Of a DNA stretch of 64,000 nt, positions 62,100 to 64,000 are shown one piece after another. The notes beneath the pieces were generated by a model that saw nothing but the letters and a program-made list of their open reading frames with translations, had not been told where the DNA came from and made no database searches. The DNA is from Chthoniobacteraceae bacterium (GTDB lineage: Bacteria > Verrucomicrobiota > Verrucomicrobiia > Chthoniobacterales > Chthoniobacteraceae), in NCBI GenBank assembly GCA_031409335.1, contig JANNWY010000057.1:1-64000 (forward strand). The letters are read 5' to 3'. The translations under genes and the position numbers were made by a program. Within the stretch, counting starts at the first letter, position 1; every line of letters starts with the position of its first letter.

Positions 62100-62588
62100 A
62101 TGAACAACACCACCGCTATGCGCATCAAGCATCTCTTCATTTCGCCAGGTCACAATTTCATCGGCCACCACGAGCAGGAGCCCGCGCATCATCCGATGAT
62201 GGAATGCGCGGAGATCCAGTGCCTCGCCGGTCGCGGCATCGAGGGTGATCGCTTTCTCGACTACAAGCCCGGCTACAAAGGACAGGTCACGTTTTTCTCG
62301 AACGAGGTGTACGTGGACCTTTGTGAAAAGTTCGCGATGCGCGACAAACCGGCGTCCGTGTTTCGCCGTAATATCATCGTCGAAGGCGCGGACTTGAATG
62401 CGTTGATCGGGCGCGAATTTGAACTGCAGGGCGTGCGTTTTCTCGGCACGCAGGAGAGCGCGCCGTGCCACTGGATGAACTTCGCATTCGCACCCGGCGC
62501 GGAGGATGCGCTGAAGGGTCGCGGCGGTTTGCGCGCGAAGATTTTGAGCGATGGCGCGCTGCGCATTTCCACCGAAGACGCGCGGTGA
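62100..62588 (+). CDS. MOSC domain protein
   Basis: GRGIEGDRF, FRRNIIVEG, PCHWM, GRGGLRAKILSDG. Confidence 0.9.
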   Translation: MNNTTAMRIKHLFISPGHNFIGHHEQEPAHHPMMECAEIQCLAGRGIEGDRFLDYKPGYKGQVTFFSNEVYVDLCEKFAMRDKPASVFRRNIIVEGADLNALIGREFELQGVRFLGTQESAPCHWMNFAFAPGAEDALKGRGGLRAKILSDGALRISTEDAR

Positions 62589-62619
62589 CAACCCGCCGAA
62601 AACTCGCTACATCCCCCAC

Positions 62620-63477
62620 ATGAAACGATTCCTCCTTCCGCTTTTCCTCCTCACCGTCAGCGCGAGTGCCGTCGAGCTTTCCGGCGACTTCAAAGGCCCG
62701 CTCGGGCTGCAGCTTTACAGCCTGCGCGATTCGTTCAAGGCGGATGTCCCTGGCTCGCTCGACAAGGTGAAGGCGTTTGGATTCACGACTGTCGAGACGG
62801 CGAGCACCTATGGGCTTGGGGCGGAAAAATTGACCGCGATGCTGAAGGAGCGCGGCCTGAATCCGGTGAGCGGTCACTTTCAATATGAGCCGCTGACGAA
62901 AGATCTCGCGGGCGCGGTGGCGGAGGCAAAGGCGCTCGGAATCAAATTCGCGGTGTGCCCGTGGATTCCGCACACGCCGGCGATGTTTGGCGAAGCCGAG
63001 GCAAAGAAAGCGGCGGCGGATTTCAACAAGTGGGGCGAAGCCTTCAAGGCGGCGGGAATCACGTTTGCGTATCACGTCCACGGCTATGAATTCAAACCGC
63101 TGGTGGAAGGCGGAACGGAGACCGCGTTCGATGTGATCGCGAGAGAGACGAAGCCGGAGCTGGTCAGCTTCGAGATGGATGTCTTCTGGGTCGTGCATCC
63201 CGGCCAGGATCCCGCAAAACTGCTCGCGAAATACGGCAGCCGCTGGGCGCTCATGCATTTGAAAGACATCCGCAAAGGCGCGCAGACGGGCATCTACACC
63301 GGAAAGGCGCCACTCACGGACGACGTGCCGCTCGGCACCGGCCAGGTGAACTGGCCCGCCGTGTTGAAGGAAGCGGCGAAGGTCGGTGTGAAGTATTATT
63401 TCATCGAAGACGAATCACCGACCGTGCTCGATGCGCTGCCGATCACGACGAAGTATTTGTCGGGACTGAAGTTTTAG
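62620..63477 (+). CDS. Sugar phosphate isomerase/epimerase (AP_endonuc_2 TIM barrel), exported
   Basis: Signal peptide; GLQLYSLR, YHVHGYEF, EMDVFW, MHLKD, LGTG, FIEDE. Confidence 0.9.
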   Translation: MKRFLLPLFLLTVSASAVELSGDFKGPLGLQLYSLRDSFKADVPGSLDKVKAFGFTTVETASTYGLGAEKLTAMLKERGLNPVSGHFQYEPLTKDLAGAVAEAKALGIKFAVCPWIPHTPAMFGEAEAKKAAADFNKWGEAFKAAGITFAYHVHGYEFKPLVEGGTETAFDVIARETKPELVSFEMDVFWVVHPGQDPAKLLAKYGSRWALMHLKDIRKGAQTGIYTGKAPLTDDVPLGTGQVNWPAVLKEAAKVGVKYYFIEDESPTVLDALPITTKYLSGLKF

Positions 63478-63496
63478 GTCTCGATCCCTGGTCCGC

Positions 63497-64000
63497 TTAC
63501 CGAGTGTGTGCCTTGCGCCGGGGCAGGAACACGCACGCGGCGAGCAGTAGGAGCGCGGTATTTGGCTCGGGCACGGCGCGGGCGGTCACATCGTTGCCGG
63601 TGCCGCCCGCGTAGCTGATTTGAAAACGCTGCAGGCCCGCCTCGAAGAGCGCGCCCTCCTCGAGCGCGGTGCCGCCGAATGCGAATCGGCCACCAACCGC
63701 GTCGGTGCCGTCGTTGTCAATGAGGGTGAAGGAATCGACTTCATCGGCCGGGTCGTAGCCAAGCTGGAGCACGAGATTCACCTGGCCGTTGAGGCTCACG
63801 GTGCCGGCGACGTTCAGGCGATCGAAGCTGGCGGGCGAGTCGAGGGTGAGCGCGAAAGTTGAGCCGTCGGCGAAGCTCACATTCTTCGTCGAAAGCGTGC
63901 CGGTGCCATCGCCAGGGTCGAGCGTGCCCGAGACGGTGACGTTGCGCTGCGTGGCACCCGAGCCCGTGAGCATTGCGCCCGCATTCACGGAAATGGCACC
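63497..64000 (-). CDS. PEP-CTERM protein with passenger-like repeats (3' end only)
   Basis: YAGGTGNDV...VPEPNTALLLLAACVFLPRRK; runs off the window edge. Confidence 0.9.
   Translation of the reverse strand, partial: GAISVNAGAMLTGSGATQRNVTVSGTLDPGDGTGTLSTKNVSFADGSTFALTLDSPASFDRLNVAGTVSLNGQVNLVLQLGYDPADEVDSFTLIDNDGTDAVGGRFAFGGTALEEGALFEAGLQRFQISYAGGTGNDVTARAVPEPNTALLLLAACVFLPRRKAHTR

Overview
GC-rich bacterial DNA. The gene content (PEP-CTERM protein, LEPRxLL-type N-terminal motifs, DUF1501, several sulfatases and ECF sigma factors, a 'W...F[F/Y]R' C-terminal domain) points to Verrucomicrobiota, probably Chthoniobacterales-like; this is inferred, not searched. The window holds about 42 CDS, mostly secreted or surface proteins. 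The largest are a 3417-aa tandem-repeat/CARDB/RHS protein whose RHS core is internal, a 1160-aa surface cyclophilin with a related N-terminal motif and C-terminal domain, a pectate lyase with passenger repeats, an amidase-PA14 protein and a CBM6-beta-helix enzyme with its own two-component system. There are also two exported agmatine-deiminase-family enzymes, three sulfatases and an MBOAT locus with two SGNH-like genes. Housekeeping-type genes are moxR, sdaA, an hpnO-like aminotransferase, mobA/MOSC and a vapBC pair. No rRNA, tRNA, CRISPR array, reverse transcriptase or intact integrase was seen. Best leads: (1) the RHS protein with a ~198-aa internal cargo between two conserved modules; (2) two candidate uncharacterised protein-sorting signals; (3) a decayed IS110 that keeps a structured, bridge-RNA-like upstream region; (4) inverted microsatellite pairs at gene starts; (5) a 4-kb cassette bounded by a ~140-bp duplication of a gene 5' end. 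All family calls come from motif recognition by eye.
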